A stretch of DNA of 62,048 bases, taken from Alphaproteobacteria bacterium. Its GTDB lineage: Bacteria; Pseudomonadota; Alphaproteobacteria; Paracaedibacterales; CAITNM01. Made by a program: the position numbers and the translations under genes. The notes below the pieces were generated by a model. It worked only from the letters and a program-made list of their open reading frames with translations. It did no database searches and was not told where the DNA came from. The stretch covers positions 1 through 62,048 of the forward strand of contig CANKYV010000006.1 in assembly GCA_947487955.1 (NCBI GenBank). The letters run 5' to 3'. Of the stretch, positions 31,237-41,957 are shown piece after piece (position 1 is the first letter of the stretch; every line of letters starts with the position of its first letter).

Positions 31237-32754
31237 TTAACCATTCGCCGTTACATCTTGTCTCAAACTGTGCGAACTAAGATTAATAACAGAAGCTTTC
31301 AATATTCCCCCAAATGCCCCTGCTGGAATATCCACTCCAACGACCACCGTATGCGCTGTTGTATCCCCACTTCCATACACATTACTGCCTGGCAATGAAT
31401 CTAAATCTAATTCATTAAACGTACCTGCGTTAGCATTTAAATTTGTTAAATGCACAGGATTGGTAACAGATGATACACCGCCAGTTGAAGCAACCGCATC
31501 CAAGTAAATTTTTTCTGTACCAGCAATACCTACCAATGTTAGCGCACCATTACCGCTTGCTGTTGCTACATGTACATTATCAGCATCTGCTTGAACAGCT
31601 GCAGCATTGGTCATGGTAAGTGCTGGGAGAGTCATCGCAGCGGTTGCTTCTAAACTACCTCCTGTCATATTAACACCATGCGTGCCAAGTGGCGTTGCAC
31701 TAGCAACTTTGACATTACCTTGGTGAATTTCTATAGCAGAAGTTGCACTACCTGAAAACATACAGCTTCCTGATCCTACAAACTTTACTCCACCTGTAAT
31801 TGGCGCTGTGAATTGCCCGCCATCTGTGAAGTCAACTTCGAGAACAGGCTCTGCAGTTGGTGCAGGGGCTGGGAGAACAAGTCTACGGACATTATGATCC
31901 GCTATTTCAGCAAAATAAAGAGTATTTGAGCTATCAATAGCAAGCCCCATTGGACCTCCTAAACCTGTAGCAAGAGTATTCGTAGTTGTATAGCCACCAC
32001 TAGCAAGGATTTCCTTGATGCTGTTGGTTCCATACTCTGAGAAATAAATATTTTTTGAGCTATCAGTGCAAATACCCTGAGGATTACTTAATCCTGTAGC
32101 AATAATATTAACAGTTGTGTATCCACCACTGGCAAGAACCTGCCGAAGACGACCACTGTTATACTCTGTAACATAAAGATTGTTTTCATTATCAACACAA
32201 ATTCCCTGAGGTTTTCCTAAGCCAGTAACAATAGTATTAATAGTTGTGTAGCCACCACTAGCAAGAATTTGCTTAATTCTTCCATCGTAATATTCTGTGG
32301 CATAAAGATTATCCGAGCTATCAACGCCAACAGCAAAACAGCCATTTAAACTTGTAACAAGAGTATTAATAGTTGTGTAACCACTACTAGCAAGAATTTG
32401 CTTGATAGTGTTCCCACCGTCTGCAACGTATATATTTTGCGCACTATCAATACAAATACCCAGAGAGTAAGTTAAACTAGAAGTAATAGTATTCGTTGTT
32501 GTATAACCACTGCTAACAAGTATTTCCTTGAGGTTATGCACATCTACTTCTGAGAAAAATACATTTTTTGAGCTATCAACGCAAACCCCATATGGTTGAC
32601 TTAGTCCACTTGCAATGGTTTCTAATTCATATCCATCATAAGCTGTAGCATCAGCTTTCGTCGACAATCCAAAAACCAAGACGAATGCAGAGCAATATTT
32701 AAAAACTGAATGTATTTTCATGATATCTATCCATAATAAAAATTCTATTAGCAT
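31237..32754 (-). CDS. Secreted NHL-repeat six-bladed beta-propeller protein with passenger-like C-terminus (likely start 32721)
   Basis: Six ~42-aa repeats GYTT.NT..TGL..P.G.C.DS..N.Y..E, a PAPAPTAEP linker and a Gly/Thr/Ala-rich tail. Confidence 0.8.
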   Translation of the reverse strand: MLIEFLLWIDIMKIHSVFKYCSAFVLVFGLSTKADATAYDGYELETIASGLSQPYGVCVDSSKNVFFSEVDVHNLKEILVSSGYTTTNTITSSLTYSLGICIDSAQNIYVADGGNTIKQILASSGYTTINTLVTSLNGCFAVGVDSSDNLYATEYYDGRIKQILASGGYTTINTIVTGLGKPQGICVDNENNLYVTEYNSGRLRQVLASGGYTTVNIIATGLSNPQGICTDSSKNIYFSEYGTNSIKEILASGGYTTTNTLATGLGGPMGLAIDSSNTLYFAEIADHNVRRLVLPAPAPTAEPVLEVDFTDGGQFTAPITGGVKFVGSGSCMFSGSATSAIEIHQGNVKVASATPLGTHGVNMTGGSLEATAAMTLPALTMTNAAAVQADADNVHVATASGNGALTLVGIAGTEKIYLDAVASTGGVSSVTNPVHLTNLNANAGTFNELDLDSLPGSNVYGSGDTTAHTVVVGVDIPAGAFGGILKASVINLSSHSLRQDVTANG

Positions 32755-33095
32755 TTTTTATATTAAAAGATAGGTATTAAATTAATGTTAATTATTTTTT
32801 AAAAACAAATTAATATTATTTAAATATATTTTATTGTTTTATTAAAATTTTTAATACACTAAGTTATTGAGAGAGAACCTAAGGTAAGTATGTATAGCTT
32901 TCATATGTCTCTCCTGAAGATCCAAATGCAAAAATTTTGTATATTTCTCTTTGAGATATAATCCTACGAAGCAAAATAAAGGCTGTGGTTTTAAACATGA
33001 TTACACAAATTAAGTATAGTTTTCATTTCGCACCTATCAGAGCCTTCCAAAAAAATTAACACAATAGCTAGAGTGTTATTTCTTTTTGCAGTATC

Positions 33096-33668
33096 TTGGA
33101 GTCTAGAGTTTTAAGTAAAGAAAGCACTATGGCATCATCAAAAACATGGTTTGAGCGAGGACTCGTTTTTACTATTTTTTCCAGCCGCTGGCTGCAAGCA
33201 CCCTTATACCTAGGGCTGATTGTTGCTCAGGGTATCTATGTGCACCGATTCATAAAAGAGGTCTGGCATCTTTTAACAAGCTTAAGAGTTTATACAGAAA
33301 CTGAGATTATGTTGGTGGTTTTGAACCTTATTGATGTGGTAATGATTTCAAACCTACTAATTATGGTGATTATTGGTGGTTATGAAACATTTGTAAGTAG
33401 ACTTGGCATGGATACCCACCCTGACCTTCCAGAATGGTTAGATCATGTAAATGCCAATACCATGAAAATTAAACTTTCTATGGCACTCATCGGTATTTCA
33501 TCTATTCATCTTTTAAAAACATTTATTAATGCTCCACAAATGCAAGAAGTAACCATCAAGTGGCAAGTCATTATTCATGTTACTTTTCTTATTTCTTCTA
33601 TAGCTTTAGCGTATACAGCAAAGATTTCTCAGCAACATCTAGAGGCTTTAAGTGCAAATAGACATTAA
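33096..33668 (+). CDS. UPF0114/TIGR00645 (YqhA-like) membrane protein
   Basis: [38 protein letters not shown] and SSIHLLKTF. Confidence 0.9.
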   Translation: MESRVLSKESTMASSKTWFERGLVFTIFSSRWLQAPLYLGLIVAQGIYVHRFIKEVWHLLTSLRVYTETEIMLVVLNLIDVVMISNLLIMVIIGGYETFVSRLGMDTHPDLPEWLDHVNANTMKIKLSMALIGISSIHLLKTFINAPQMQEVTIKWQVIIHVTFLISSIALAYTAKISQQHLEALSANRH

Positions 33669-33939
33669 TGAAATTATTCGGGCCGTAAAAAGTCATTTAG
33701 GCGAGGATGCTATCCTGCAAGTAGTTGATGAATCTAATCAACACAAAGGGCACAAGGGACATAATCCAGAGATTGGTATTACGCATATTGCACTCAATAT
33801 TATTTGGGAGTCTTTTGAAGGATTAACACTAATTGAAAGGCACCGTCTTTTAAACTCATGGTTAGATAGTTTTTTCAAAAAAGGCTTACATGCTGCGAAA
33901 TATAATTTAAAAACACCAAATGAAAGCACTTCATCATGA
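33652..33939 (+). CDS. bolA: BolA-family protein
   Basis: [22 protein letters not shown] and GLHA. Confidence 0.85.
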   Translation: MQIDINEIIRAVKSHLGEDAILQVVDESNQHKGHKGHNPEIGITHIALNIIWESFEGLTLIERHRLLNSWLDSFFKKGLHAAKYNLKTPNESTSS

Positions 33940-34619
33940 TGCCACTCGTATTAATTGTCGATGATGACATGCGCCTTCGAGAACTATTGGGGAAGTTCCT
34001 GAGTGATTACAGTTATAGAGTACAAACAGCATCTAATGCCGCTCAAGCACGCGCACAACTTGCTTCACAACATTTTGATATAATGATTTTAGATATTATG
34101 ATGCCAAAAGAATCAGGCCTAGAATTGCTTAGTTCAATACGGAGTCCTCAGTCTTCTTATAAGCAAATCCCTGTTATTTTGCTGTCCGCTCAAGATGGAC
34201 TAGATGAAAAAATTCATGGCTTAACGTCCGGAGCTGATGATTATTTAACAAAACCTTTTGAACCAAAAGAGCTTATAGCTAGAATTGAAACAGTGTTAAG
34301 GCGCACAAATATTAGACAGCAGGTCGGTGTTGATTTGCATTTAGGTCATTACATTTTTAAGGTAGAGAAAGCCTCTCTATTTAGAAACAATGAAGAAGTT
34401 CGCTTAACATCAACAGAACAAATGGTCTTGCGAATTCTTGCACAACATCCTTATCAACCCTTTTCCAGAAGTGATTTAGCGCAACGAATTGGATTTGTTA
34501 TTAGCGATAGAAGTATTGATGTACAAATTAATAGGTTACGGCGCAAACTAGAAGACGAAACAGGAAAATACTTAAAAACTATTAGACATGTAGGGTATGC
34601 TTTATGTCCCGATTCTTAA
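33936..34619 (+). CDS. ompR: OmpR-family response regulator
   Basis: VDDD, LDIMMP, GADDYLTKPF and RSIDVQINRLRRK. Confidence 0.85.
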   Translation: MMPLVLIVDDDMRLRELLGKFLSDYSYRVQTASNAAQARAQLASQHFDIMILDIMMPKESGLELLSSIRSPQSSYKQIPVILLSAQDGLDEKIHGLTSGADDYLTKPFEPKELIARIETVLRRTNIRQQVGVDLHLGHYIFKVEKASLFRNNEEVRLTSTEQMVLRILAQHPYQPFSRSDLAQRIGFVISDRSIDVQINRLRRKLEDETGKYLKTIRHVGYALCPDS

Positions 34620-35974
34620 ATATAATCATGAACCCTAAAAGGTTGCTGAAAAAAATCCTTCCTACAAGCTTATTCAGTCGCGCATTAATTATATTATTAA
34701 CACCGTTATTATTAGTGCAGATGGTACTCGGTTATATCTTTTTCGATCGACATACCGAAACAATTTTACGGCAATTTTCAAAAACTATTGCCGGTGATGT
34801 TGCATTAGTAATGGATTGGGTAGAACGTGATCCCAAAGCGATAAAATCTATTCAGCGAGCTGCACAAAAATACATGGGGCTTGATGTCAATTTTGTGCCT
34901 AAAAACACCCTTGAAAAATATGGTACTCATAAAACAACTTGGTTATACAGTTTTATGGAAGATGCACTTAATGAAGCCTTACTTTCGGAAGAATTCAACA
35001 AAGGCAATAGCAAAAAGCCCTCTTATTATTTAAGGATGAGTGCCGACAAAATATACATTTCTGTTGAAGCAAAAAAGAAAGGTGTTTTAGAGGTTTCCCT
35101 TCCCCGCAAACGACTATTTAGCAAGACGACACCATTAGTACTAATTTGGACTACATCATCTGCGTTATTGTTGTTTTTAGTGGCATCAATTTTTATGCGT
35201 AATCAGATTAGACCACTGCGAAGACTAGCAGAAGCAGCAGATCGATTTGGCAAAGGTGACGATTTAGGTGAACTAAAAATTGAAGGAGCTAGAGAACTAC
35301 GTATGTTGAGCCGCATTTTCAATATTATGCGCGCTCGCATTCAACGTCACTTGCATGAAAGAACACAAATGCTTGCAAGTGTCTCTCATGATTTAAGAAC
35401 GCCAATTACTCGCATGCAGCTTCAATTAGCAATGATGCAAGAAACAGAAGAAAATCATTTATTACAAGAAGATTTAAAACAAATGCAATTAATGGTTGAA
35501 GGTTTTCTAGCTTACGCAAAAGGCACTGCCAGTGAATCACGTCAAGCAGTGCCCATTGCAAGTTGCATTCAAGAAATTATCGACAATCTACCTGGCAAAA
35601 AAAATCCTATTGAGTTTGTTCCAACTGATAATCCAATCATTCAAATAAAATTGCAACTTTTTAACCGTTGCTTAACTAATTTGTTGTTAAATGCTAATAG
35701 GTACGCATCGCATACTTGGATTAGCCTAACGCTAAATACTCGGCATTGTGAAGTTGTGGTAGATGATGACGGGCCTGGAATTCCTAAAGAAAATAGAGAA
35801 CAGGTCTTTCAGCCCTTTTATAGACAAGACACAGCACGCAATTTAGATGAAGGTGGCACAGGACTTGGTCTTAGTATAGTGAGAGACGCAGTACGTAGCC
35901 ATGGAGGAAAGATTCGTTTGGATCAATCTCCTTATGGAGGGCTTAGGGTAATACTTACTTTCCCTAGATCTTAA
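34604..35974 (+). CDS. envZ: EnvZ-like sensor histidine kinase
   Basis: Two TMs, FFDRH, HAMP, SHDLRTP, DDDGPGI and GTGLGL. Confidence 0.85.
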   Translation: MSRFLNIIMNPKRLLKKILPTSLFSRALIILLTPLLLVQMVLGYIFFDRHTETILRQFSKTIAGDVALVMDWVERDPKAIKSIQRAAQKYMGLDVNFVPKNTLEKYGTHKTTWLYSFMEDALNEALLSEEFNKGNSKKPSYYLRMSADKIYISVEAKKKGVLEVSLPRKRLFSKTTPLVLIWTTSSALLLFLVASIFMRNQIRPLRRLAEAADRFGKGDDLGELKIEGARELRMLSRIFNIMRARIQRHLHERTQMLASVSHDLRTPITRMQLQLAMMQETEENHLLQEDLKQMQLMVEGFLAYAKGTASESRQAVPIASCIQEIIDNLPGKKNPIEFVPTDNPIIQIKLQLFNRCLTNLLLNANRYASHTWISLTLNTRHCEVVVDDDGPGIPKENREQVFQPFYRQDTARNLDEGGTGLGLSIVRDAVRSHGGKIRLDQSPYGGLRVILTFPRS

Positions 35975-36026
35975 CCAACTTGGCTTGAATCGAGCGTTGC
36001 GTTACTGAATACAAAATTAAATTAAA

Positions 36027-36533
36027 GTGAAGGTATTCATTATGGCGCAGCCAAAAAATGCTAAAGGGCAAACAAATAGCAAAGACTGGAAAGAGCAGCA
36101 ACACAAGTATGCTCAAACAGCAAAAGAAATGTTTGAAAAATTTTCAGACTTTGCAAAAGCATCAAAGCCAAATCACGCAAAAATAATGGAGAACCACAAA
36201 AAAAATCTTGAGGCTCTTAGTGATGCCAATAAAATCGCAGCTGATGTCATGAAATCTCTTGCAAAAATGCAAAGTGAATTTGTGAAACAAACATTTGAAG
36301 ATATCAATGCCATGATGCGCAACGCAATGACACAAAAGCCTGGACAACCTATTGATGTATCCAACTACTCAGATGTTATACAGCATTCACTACAACGCAC
36401 TGCTGACCACGCAAAAAATGTAAGAAGTACATTATCAAATTCAGGTAAAGAAATTCATGCAAAAGTGAAAGATCGCCTTGAAGAAGTAAGCGAAGACATA
36501 AAAGCGCATGTATCAAAGTATGGGAAGCACTAG
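36027..36533 (+). CDS. Phasin (PHA granule protein)
   Basis: ENHKKNLEAL..AN..AA.VM..LAK.Q.EF pattern of phasins. Confidence 0.75.
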   Translation: MKVFIMAQPKNAKGQTNSKDWKEQQHKYAQTAKEMFEKFSDFAKASKPNHAKIMENHKKNLEALSDANKIAADVMKSLAKMQSEFVKQTFEDINAMMRNAMTQKPGQPIDVSNYSDVIQHSLQRTADHAKNVRSTLSNSGKEIHAKVKDRLEEVSEDIKAHVSKYGKH

Positions 36534-36711
36534 TTTCAAATCGAACAGTGAAAAATAAATATTTTTTAACGGAGATTTTTTCATATACCTATAAAATGTT
36601 GCAGTATACATCCGCATTTCTTTCTTTACTTAAAAATCTATTGATATTTAAAAATCTTGTGACTATATTCAGCGTACATGATCCTGACAAAAAAATAACG
36701 GGAGAAACATC

Positions 36712-38001
36712 GTGCCTGTAGATGCAAAAGATTTAAGAAGAAAAATTTTGTTTCCCTGTCTAATAGGTAATGCTTTAGAATTTTACGATTTTACACTTTG
36801 TGGAGTTTTCATCGCAATTTTAGGTAAAAATTTTTTCCCCTCAGAAAATGATTTTGCTACTTTGCTGGGTGGAATTTTTGCTTTTTCAGCAGCTTTTTGG
36901 ACCAGACCATTAGGTGCTCTTTTATTTGGCTATATAGGCGATAAATACGGCAGAAAACAAGCTCTTACTTTGTCAGTTTTATTGATGGGACTCCCAACAC
37001 TTATTATTGGCCTTTTACCTTCATACGCAGCCATCGGAGTAGCTGCTCCCTGTATTTTGCTCAGTTGCCGCTTAATACAAGGTTTGTGTACTGGTGGAGA
37101 ATATAATGGCGCTGCAGTTTTTGCTCTTGAACATATGAAAGCAAAGCCAGGAATGATTAGCGGCCTAATTTCCGCTTCCTGTGTTGTTGGTGCAGTTAGC
37201 GCAACTTTAATTGCATATCTTGTAACAAACTATTTACCTTTTGAACAAGCATGGAGAATCCCCTTTTATCTAGGCGCATGCATAGCTGTTGTTGGATTTA
37301 TCCTACGCAAAAAAGCAATGGAAACAACGGAATTTATCAAACGAAAGCCGATAAAAGGATTACCGATTGTTGAAATCATAAAGAAATACCCGAAACAATA
37401 CATATTAGTAATCGCTTCAGGGGCGTTTAATGGTGTCTTAAGCTATACCTTATTTGGCTTTTTAAATTTGTATGTCACTCAATACCTAGGCGTTAAACTA
37501 GCAACCAGCTTATTTTTCAATATTTTTGGTATGCTTGCTTTTATGCTCAGTTGCCCTATTTTCGGGCGAATTTCAGATAAAATTACTCCTTATCGCTCAA
37601 TGATTTTAGCCGCAGCTATTGCTATTCTTTCAAGTTGGCTTGGATTTATTCTTTTGCAACAAAGAACTACCGAAGAGATTATTATTGGCCAAATATTTAT
37701 AGGCATTGGTGTTGGAAGTTTCGTGGGTCCTTCACATGTATTCCTTCAACAGCAATTTCTCCCAGAGGTTCGTTATACAGGTGTAGCATCTGGATTTTCA
37801 ATAGGAATGGCCCTAACAGGTGGAACAACTGCACTAGTAATGACATACATACTCAAACAAACTCATATGCTTTTAGCGCCTGCTATGTACATAACAGCTG
37901 CTGCCATAATTTGGTTACTTGTTTTACCTTTCCTTAGTGTAAGAAAAGAGAAACCCAGCGATCAAGAAAAAGAGAAAATTGCTTTAAGCGCAACTACTTG
38001 A
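36712..38001 (+). CDS. MFS transporter, ProP/MHS-like
   Basis: GNALEFYDF, GDKYGRK and RLIQGLCTGGEY. Confidence 0.92.
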   Translation: MPVDAKDLRRKILFPCLIGNALEFYDFTLCGVFIAILGKNFFPSENDFATLLGGIFAFSAAFWTRPLGALLFGYIGDKYGRKQALTLSVLLMGLPTLIIGLLPSYAAIGVAAPCILLSCRLIQGLCTGGEYNGAAVFALEHMKAKPGMISGLISASCVVGAVSATLIAYLVTNYLPFEQAWRIPFYLGACIAVVGFILRKKAMETTEFIKRKPIKGLPIVEIIKKYPKQYILVIASGAFNGVLSYTLFGFLNLYVTQYLGVKLATSLFFNIFGMLAFMLSCPIFGRISDKITPYRSMILAAAIAILSSWLGFILLQQRTTEEIIIGQIFIGIGVGSFVGPSHVFLQQQFLPEVRYTGVASGFSIGMALTGGTTALVMTYILKQTHMLLAPAMYITAAAIIWLLVLPFLSVRKEKPSDQEKEKIALSATT

Positions 38002-38003
38002 GG

Positions 38004-38816
38004 CTATATAAGCTCAAGATGCCTAAACCATTTATGAGTTTCTGATCTGGGCAAAGCCTCTACATTATGCGCATCTATAAATGCGACAATTGCCCATCTG
38101 GCATATGATTTTCCAATTAATGTTTTATCTAGCTGAATAACGTCGTGCCACCCAGGAGAAAACAGAGTTGTGTTCATTGTCTTTTGAAAATTACTTGATA
38201 TCATAAATACGGCATTCCTTAGCTTATAAGGCACAAGCTGAAGATTGTCTGGGCAACTTCCTATTCTAAGGCCTGGACAGCTCTCAGCAATTGCCAGTGT
38301 ATAAGAACCAGCATCAAAATGCGGCTTCGCCAAATACTCTCTCGATTCATCCCATTCATATCTTAAAAATCTTAAAAGAATATGCGGATGCTTTGTGTTA
38401 AAAACCTTATCGACAATACCAGGAATTTCTGGTTCAAGTGTTACCAAAACCTCCTTCACTGTGCTATATACCATGTCCCATATAGGCTTTGCTTGTTTCA
38501 CAAAATCGTTAACCACTGGGTGAGTTTTTAAGAAATCAGCATATTTTTCAAAAAGTGCTGGATGAAAATGAAAAAAATCTTTGCTGTCATTATAAACATG
38601 ATCGCTTGAATCACGATGTTTAAATCCAACATCTCCACGGCGGTGCTTGGGAGCAATTGAGAAATCAATATGTTTTTTTATCTCATCAGGTTCCTGTAAA
38701 AATTTGAAAAATGCTTGAATAGCGTCATTAATAACATCAGGAGAAATTGCAAATGAAACATGCACATAAAACTGTCGTTGCAAATCTGTACAAATATCTT
38801 CATAGCCCATCATCAC
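38004..38816 (-). CDS. 2-oxoglutarate/Fe(II)-dependent oxygenase
   Basis: LRFLRY, PHFD (HxD), GWHDV (distal His) and RWAIVAF. Confidence 0.8.
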   Translation of the reverse strand: MMMGYEDICTDLQRQFYVHVSFAISPDVINDAIQAFFKFLQEPDEIKKHIDFSIAPKHRRGDVGFKHRDSSDHVYNDSKDFFHFHPALFEKYADFLKTHPVVNDFVKQAKPIWDMVYSTVKEVLVTLEPEIPGIVDKVFNTKHPHILLRFLRYEWDESREYLAKPHFDAGSYTLAIAESCPGLRIGSCPDNLQLVPYKLRNAVFMISSNFQKTMNTTLFSPGWHDVIQLDKTLIGKSYARWAIVAFIDAHNVEALPRSETHKWFRHLELI

Positions 38817-39540
38817 ACCCGAATCTCAAATCAAGAATTGCTTGCCTGTAGTCTGATTTTTTAAAAATACTACTGCAAGCTATCAGTACATCTACCTTTA
38901 AATCCATAAAAAGAGAAGAAAATTCTGGCTTAACTCCCCCATCTACCATAATCAAAAAGTTTAAACGTAGAGATCTCCTTCTCATTGTTAATTCCATAAT
39001 TTTACCTAAAGTTGCAGGAATAAAAGATTGACCACAGGCTCCAGGCTTTACACCCATTACTATAACGTGGTCCACTATAGATAATACACCAGCAATGCTA
39101 TCAATAGGCTGGTCTGGATTAAGTACCACCCCTGCTTTACACCGAAGTGCTTTTATAAACAAAAGCTTTTTTTTTAACTCTTTAACGGGAGCTATTGGAA
39201 TCGATATTGTTGTGGCAGCTTCATACAACTTTATGTGATTTTTAGGCAAATTTCGAAGCAGATGAACATCAAGCGGCAAAAAACCACAAACTGATCGTAA
39301 TCCATTAAAATTAATGTCTGATGTAGGAGCATCAATATCAATATGTATTCGATCTGCTCCAGCCTTTATAACAGCTTTTGCGGCGTCCTCTAGAGAGATC
39401 TCTCTCATTACTACTAAAGACGGTGCTATCATCAATGCTCTAAGAGCAGGTTTTTTTTCCGGCTCCTTAAATTCACTTACTGCGTATATAGCATTTACAA
39501 AAAAAATTACTGTTAAGAATGATTTTAAAAGATGTTTCAT
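38800..39540 (-). CDS. Ribulose-phosphate 3-epimerase paralog with signal-peptide-like N-terminus
   Basis: IAPSL, IHID, DVHL, MGVKPGACGQSF and VDGG motifs, preceded by MKHLLKSFLTVIFFVNAIYA. Confidence 0.8.
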   Translation of the reverse strand: MKHLLKSFLTVIFFVNAIYAVSEFKEPEKKPALRALMIAPSLVVMREISLEDAAKAVIKAGADRIHIDIDAPTSDINFNGLRSVCGFLPLDVHLLRNLPKNHIKLYEAATTISIPIAPVKELKKKLLFIKALRCKAGVVLNPDQPIDSIAGVLSIVDHVIVMGVKPGACGQSFIPATLGKIMELTMRRRSLRLNFLIMVDGGVKPEFSSLFMDLKVDVLIACSSIFKKSDYRQAILDLRFGCDDGL

Positions 39541-39570
39541 ACGCGCACCTCAACTAATTAATTCTATAAT

Positions 39571-40233
39571 TCAGCCTCTCAAGCTATTAATAGCTTTTTT
39601 GTAATCTGGTTGTTTAAATACGCTGCTTCCTGCCACCAACACATCAGCTCCTGCTTCAATAATACTTGAAGCATTTTGCACATTAATCCCACCATCAACA
39701 ACAATATCAAAACTCAGTCCCTGCTCTTCTCTAATTCTTTTTAAAACAGTAATTTTTTCCAATACAGATGGTATAAAAGCTTGTCCATAAAATCCAGGAT
39801 TAACACTCATTACAAGCACTTGATCCACTGCATTAAGGAAATCTTTAATTTGATTTACCGATGTTTCAGGTTTTATCGAAACTCCAGCCCTGCAACCAAG
39901 CTTTTTGATTGTATTCAAATTTTTACGTAAATCTGTGGTTGCTTCAATGTGGATAGTAATGTGGTCAGCTCCTGCTTTTTGATACAAATCTATGCATAGC
40001 TCAACAGGCTCTACCATCAAGTGCACATCAAAAGGCAAAGAGCAAATAGGTCTTAATTGACTGATAATATCAGGGCCAAAAGTTAAGTTGGGGACAAAGT
40101 GTCCATCCATAATATCTAAGTGAAGCCAATCAGCACCAGCAACCTCTACTGCCTGCACTTCATCTTTTAAATATAACATGTTTGCTGCCATTAATGACGG
40201 CGCGATAAGGGTAGAATTTCTAACACGTAACAT
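39571..40233 (-). CDS. rpe: Ribulose-phosphate 3-epimerase
   Basis: HLDIMDGHFVPNLTFG, MSVNPGF and VDGGIN. Confidence 0.95.
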   Translation of the reverse strand: MLRVRNSTLIAPSLMAANMLYLKDEVQAVEVAGADWLHLDIMDGHFVPNLTFGPDIISQLRPICSLPFDVHLMVEPVELCIDLYQKAGADHITIHIEATTDLRKNLNTIKKLGCRAGVSIKPETSVNQIKDFLNAVDQVLVMSVNPGFYGQAFIPSVLEKITVLKRIREEQGLSFDIVVDGGINVQNASSIIEAGADVLVAGSSVFKQPDYKKAINSLRG

Positions 40234-40913
40234 TACAACTCCAACATATCATTTAAGCTATAAAAGCCCGGTGACTGATTAAATAACCACTCGGCTACTC
40301 TAATCGCTCCTTTAGCAAATACATCACGATTTAAACATTCATGGCTTAAACGAATAATCTCATCTCCTTGAAAAAAGTGCACGGTGTGTTCACCCACAAC
40401 ATTACCGCCACGAAGGCTTGTATAATTAATAGAATTTTCTGGATATCCAGATTGCGCAATGATTTTACCTAGCTCCAATGCAGTACCAGATGGAGCATCT
40501 TTTTTTAAACGATGGTGCGTTTCGTTAATTGTAATATCTACATGTTGACCCAGAGCTTTAGCAACAATAGCCACAGCTCTTTTCAAAACGGCAATCCCAA
40601 AACTTGTATTAGCTGCGTAAAGCACAGGAATATTTTTTCCTGCTGTCTTTAAAAGATTAAAATGAGATTCTTCAAGGCCTGTTGTACAACATAAATAAGG
40701 CTTTTTAAAATTCAAACAAGCTTCTAAAGCTGGCTGAATATTATTTGCATGGCTTATATCAATAACTCCATCACAAGCCTGCAAATCCTTGGCAAACAAT
40801 TCAAGATTTTGTGTATCTAAACGAGAATATTTGTGCGTTTTAACTCCACTTGGAAGCAGTGTAACTACTGCATTTCCCATGCGTCCACTACCTATAATAC
40901 AAACGTTTTTCAA
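40233..40913 (-). CDS. dapB: 4-hydroxy-tetrahydrodipicolinate reductase
   Basis: GSGRMG, ETHHRLKKDAPSGTA and RGGNVVGEH. Confidence 0.95.
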   Translation of the reverse strand: MKNVCIIGSGRMGNAVVTLLPSGVKTHKYSRLDTQNLELFAKDLQACDGVIDISHANNIQPALEACLNFKKPYLCCTTGLEESHFNLLKTAGKNIPVLYAANTSFGIAVLKRAVAIVAKALGQHVDITINETHHRLKKDAPSGTALELGKIIAQSGYPENSINYTSLRGGNVVGEHTVHFFQGDEIIRLSHECLNRDVFAKGAIRVAEWLFNQSPGFYSLNDMLEL

Positions 40914-40974
40914 ACAGCCGTCCTTTTTTGCTTTTTTAAATAATAAGCGATCTTATAGACGGTGGCCAGATCTT

Positions 40975-41487
40975 CTAATGAAATGTTCTATTTGTCGATA
41001 ATTTTTTACAATTATACAGCCCTAATTGGTAAGGAGTATCCTCTATTTTCTCCCATATAGTTTGCAAGTATATGAGCGTTTTTTTAATGTTACTTAGTGC
41101 GTGCAGTTTTGTAGGCGGAACAAGCACTAGACTAAAAGCAATTTCTTGCATTGCTATACCTTCATGATAAATAGGATTCAACGCTTTTAAAATGTATCTC
41201 CACAACCCTTCAATTTTTTGATTACTAAACTTGTCATAAGTAATGCCATAAAGTTGATCCCAATTTTGACTGGCTGTACGCACACGATTGCAAATTCCAA
41301 AGCTTCGCATAGCTAAACTATACAATTTCGCAAAAGCTAAACCTGCATGAAATAAGGATTCATCAATCGACTCATCTAAATATAATTGATGCAATAAGCA
41401 ACCTTCCCTTGCTGCGTGATGAATACTCTGTATAAAGGTTTGTATATCCTGCGAATCCTCATTTCTTTTTTGGACAATTTTTACCAT
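40975..41487 (-). CDS. Hypothetical protein
   Basis: 170-aa ORF overlapping the upstream HTH gene by 7 bp. Confidence 0.6.
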   Translation of the reverse strand: MVKIVQKRNEDSQDIQTFIQSIHHAAREGCLLHQLYLDESIDESLFHAGLAFAKLYSLAMRSFGICNRVRTASQNWDQLYGITYDKFSNQKIEGLWRYILKALNPIYHEGIAMQEIAFSLVLVPPTKLHALSNIKKTLIYLQTIWEKIEDTPYQLGLYNCKKLSTNRTFH

Positions 41488-41957
41488 GAGAGCCCTCTTA
41501 CAAAAAATGGTTTCAAATTATTTTCCATACGCATTTTATTTGCCAGCATTAATAACTGCCGAGCACTCAAAATTTTTGCACCAGCTCTAAATTGGCGGCG
41601 ATCTATTGAAGTACCAGGAGCCGACACCTCATAAAAGCAAACTTTTTGTTGACCAAGATAATCACACAATTTCCAAAAACCTACCCAATTATCAAACTCT
41701 TCTTGCAATGCTTTCCTTCCAAAAGAAGGAGGTTTTAGTGAACATTGGATATCTCTTTTTGTTCGAAACATGCTTACAATTTTTTGTCTAGGCAATTCCG
41801 GACGTATACCAAATCGACTAAGAGCCTTATTGATGGCTGTTGTTGATCGACTCAGTTTGCTGGCAATATCTTTCATTGACAAACCGGCAAGAAAATAACT
41901 GCGCATTTTGCTAATTTCGGTAGCTGACCATTCTTGTGTATTCATGCACTTCTCCAT
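41481..41957 (-). CDS. HTH protein with GcrA-like N-terminus
   Basis: WSATEISKMRSYFLAGLSMKDIASKLSRSTTAINKALSRFG helix-turn-helix. Confidence 0.6.
   Translation of the reverse strand: MEKCMNTQEWSATEISKMRSYFLAGLSMKDIASKLSRSTTAINKALSRFGIRPELPRQKIVSMFRTKRDIQCSLKPPSFGRKALQEEFDNWVGFWKLCDYLGQQKVCFYEVSAPGTSIDRRQFRAGAKILSARQLLMLANKMRMENNLKPFFVRGLSW

Noticed and set aside
31900-32640. Regularly spaced GTTGTGTAGCCACCACTAGCAAG-like repeats that could look like a CRISPR array
   Set aside because: They are in-frame ~126-129 bp coding repeats of the NHL propeller with similar inter-repeat sequence, and no cas genes are present.
38004-38816. 2OG-Fe(II) oxygenase as the PvcB/IsnB partner of the isocyanide synthases
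   Set aside because: It is 34 kb away and looks IPNS/DIOX-like rather than TauD-like.
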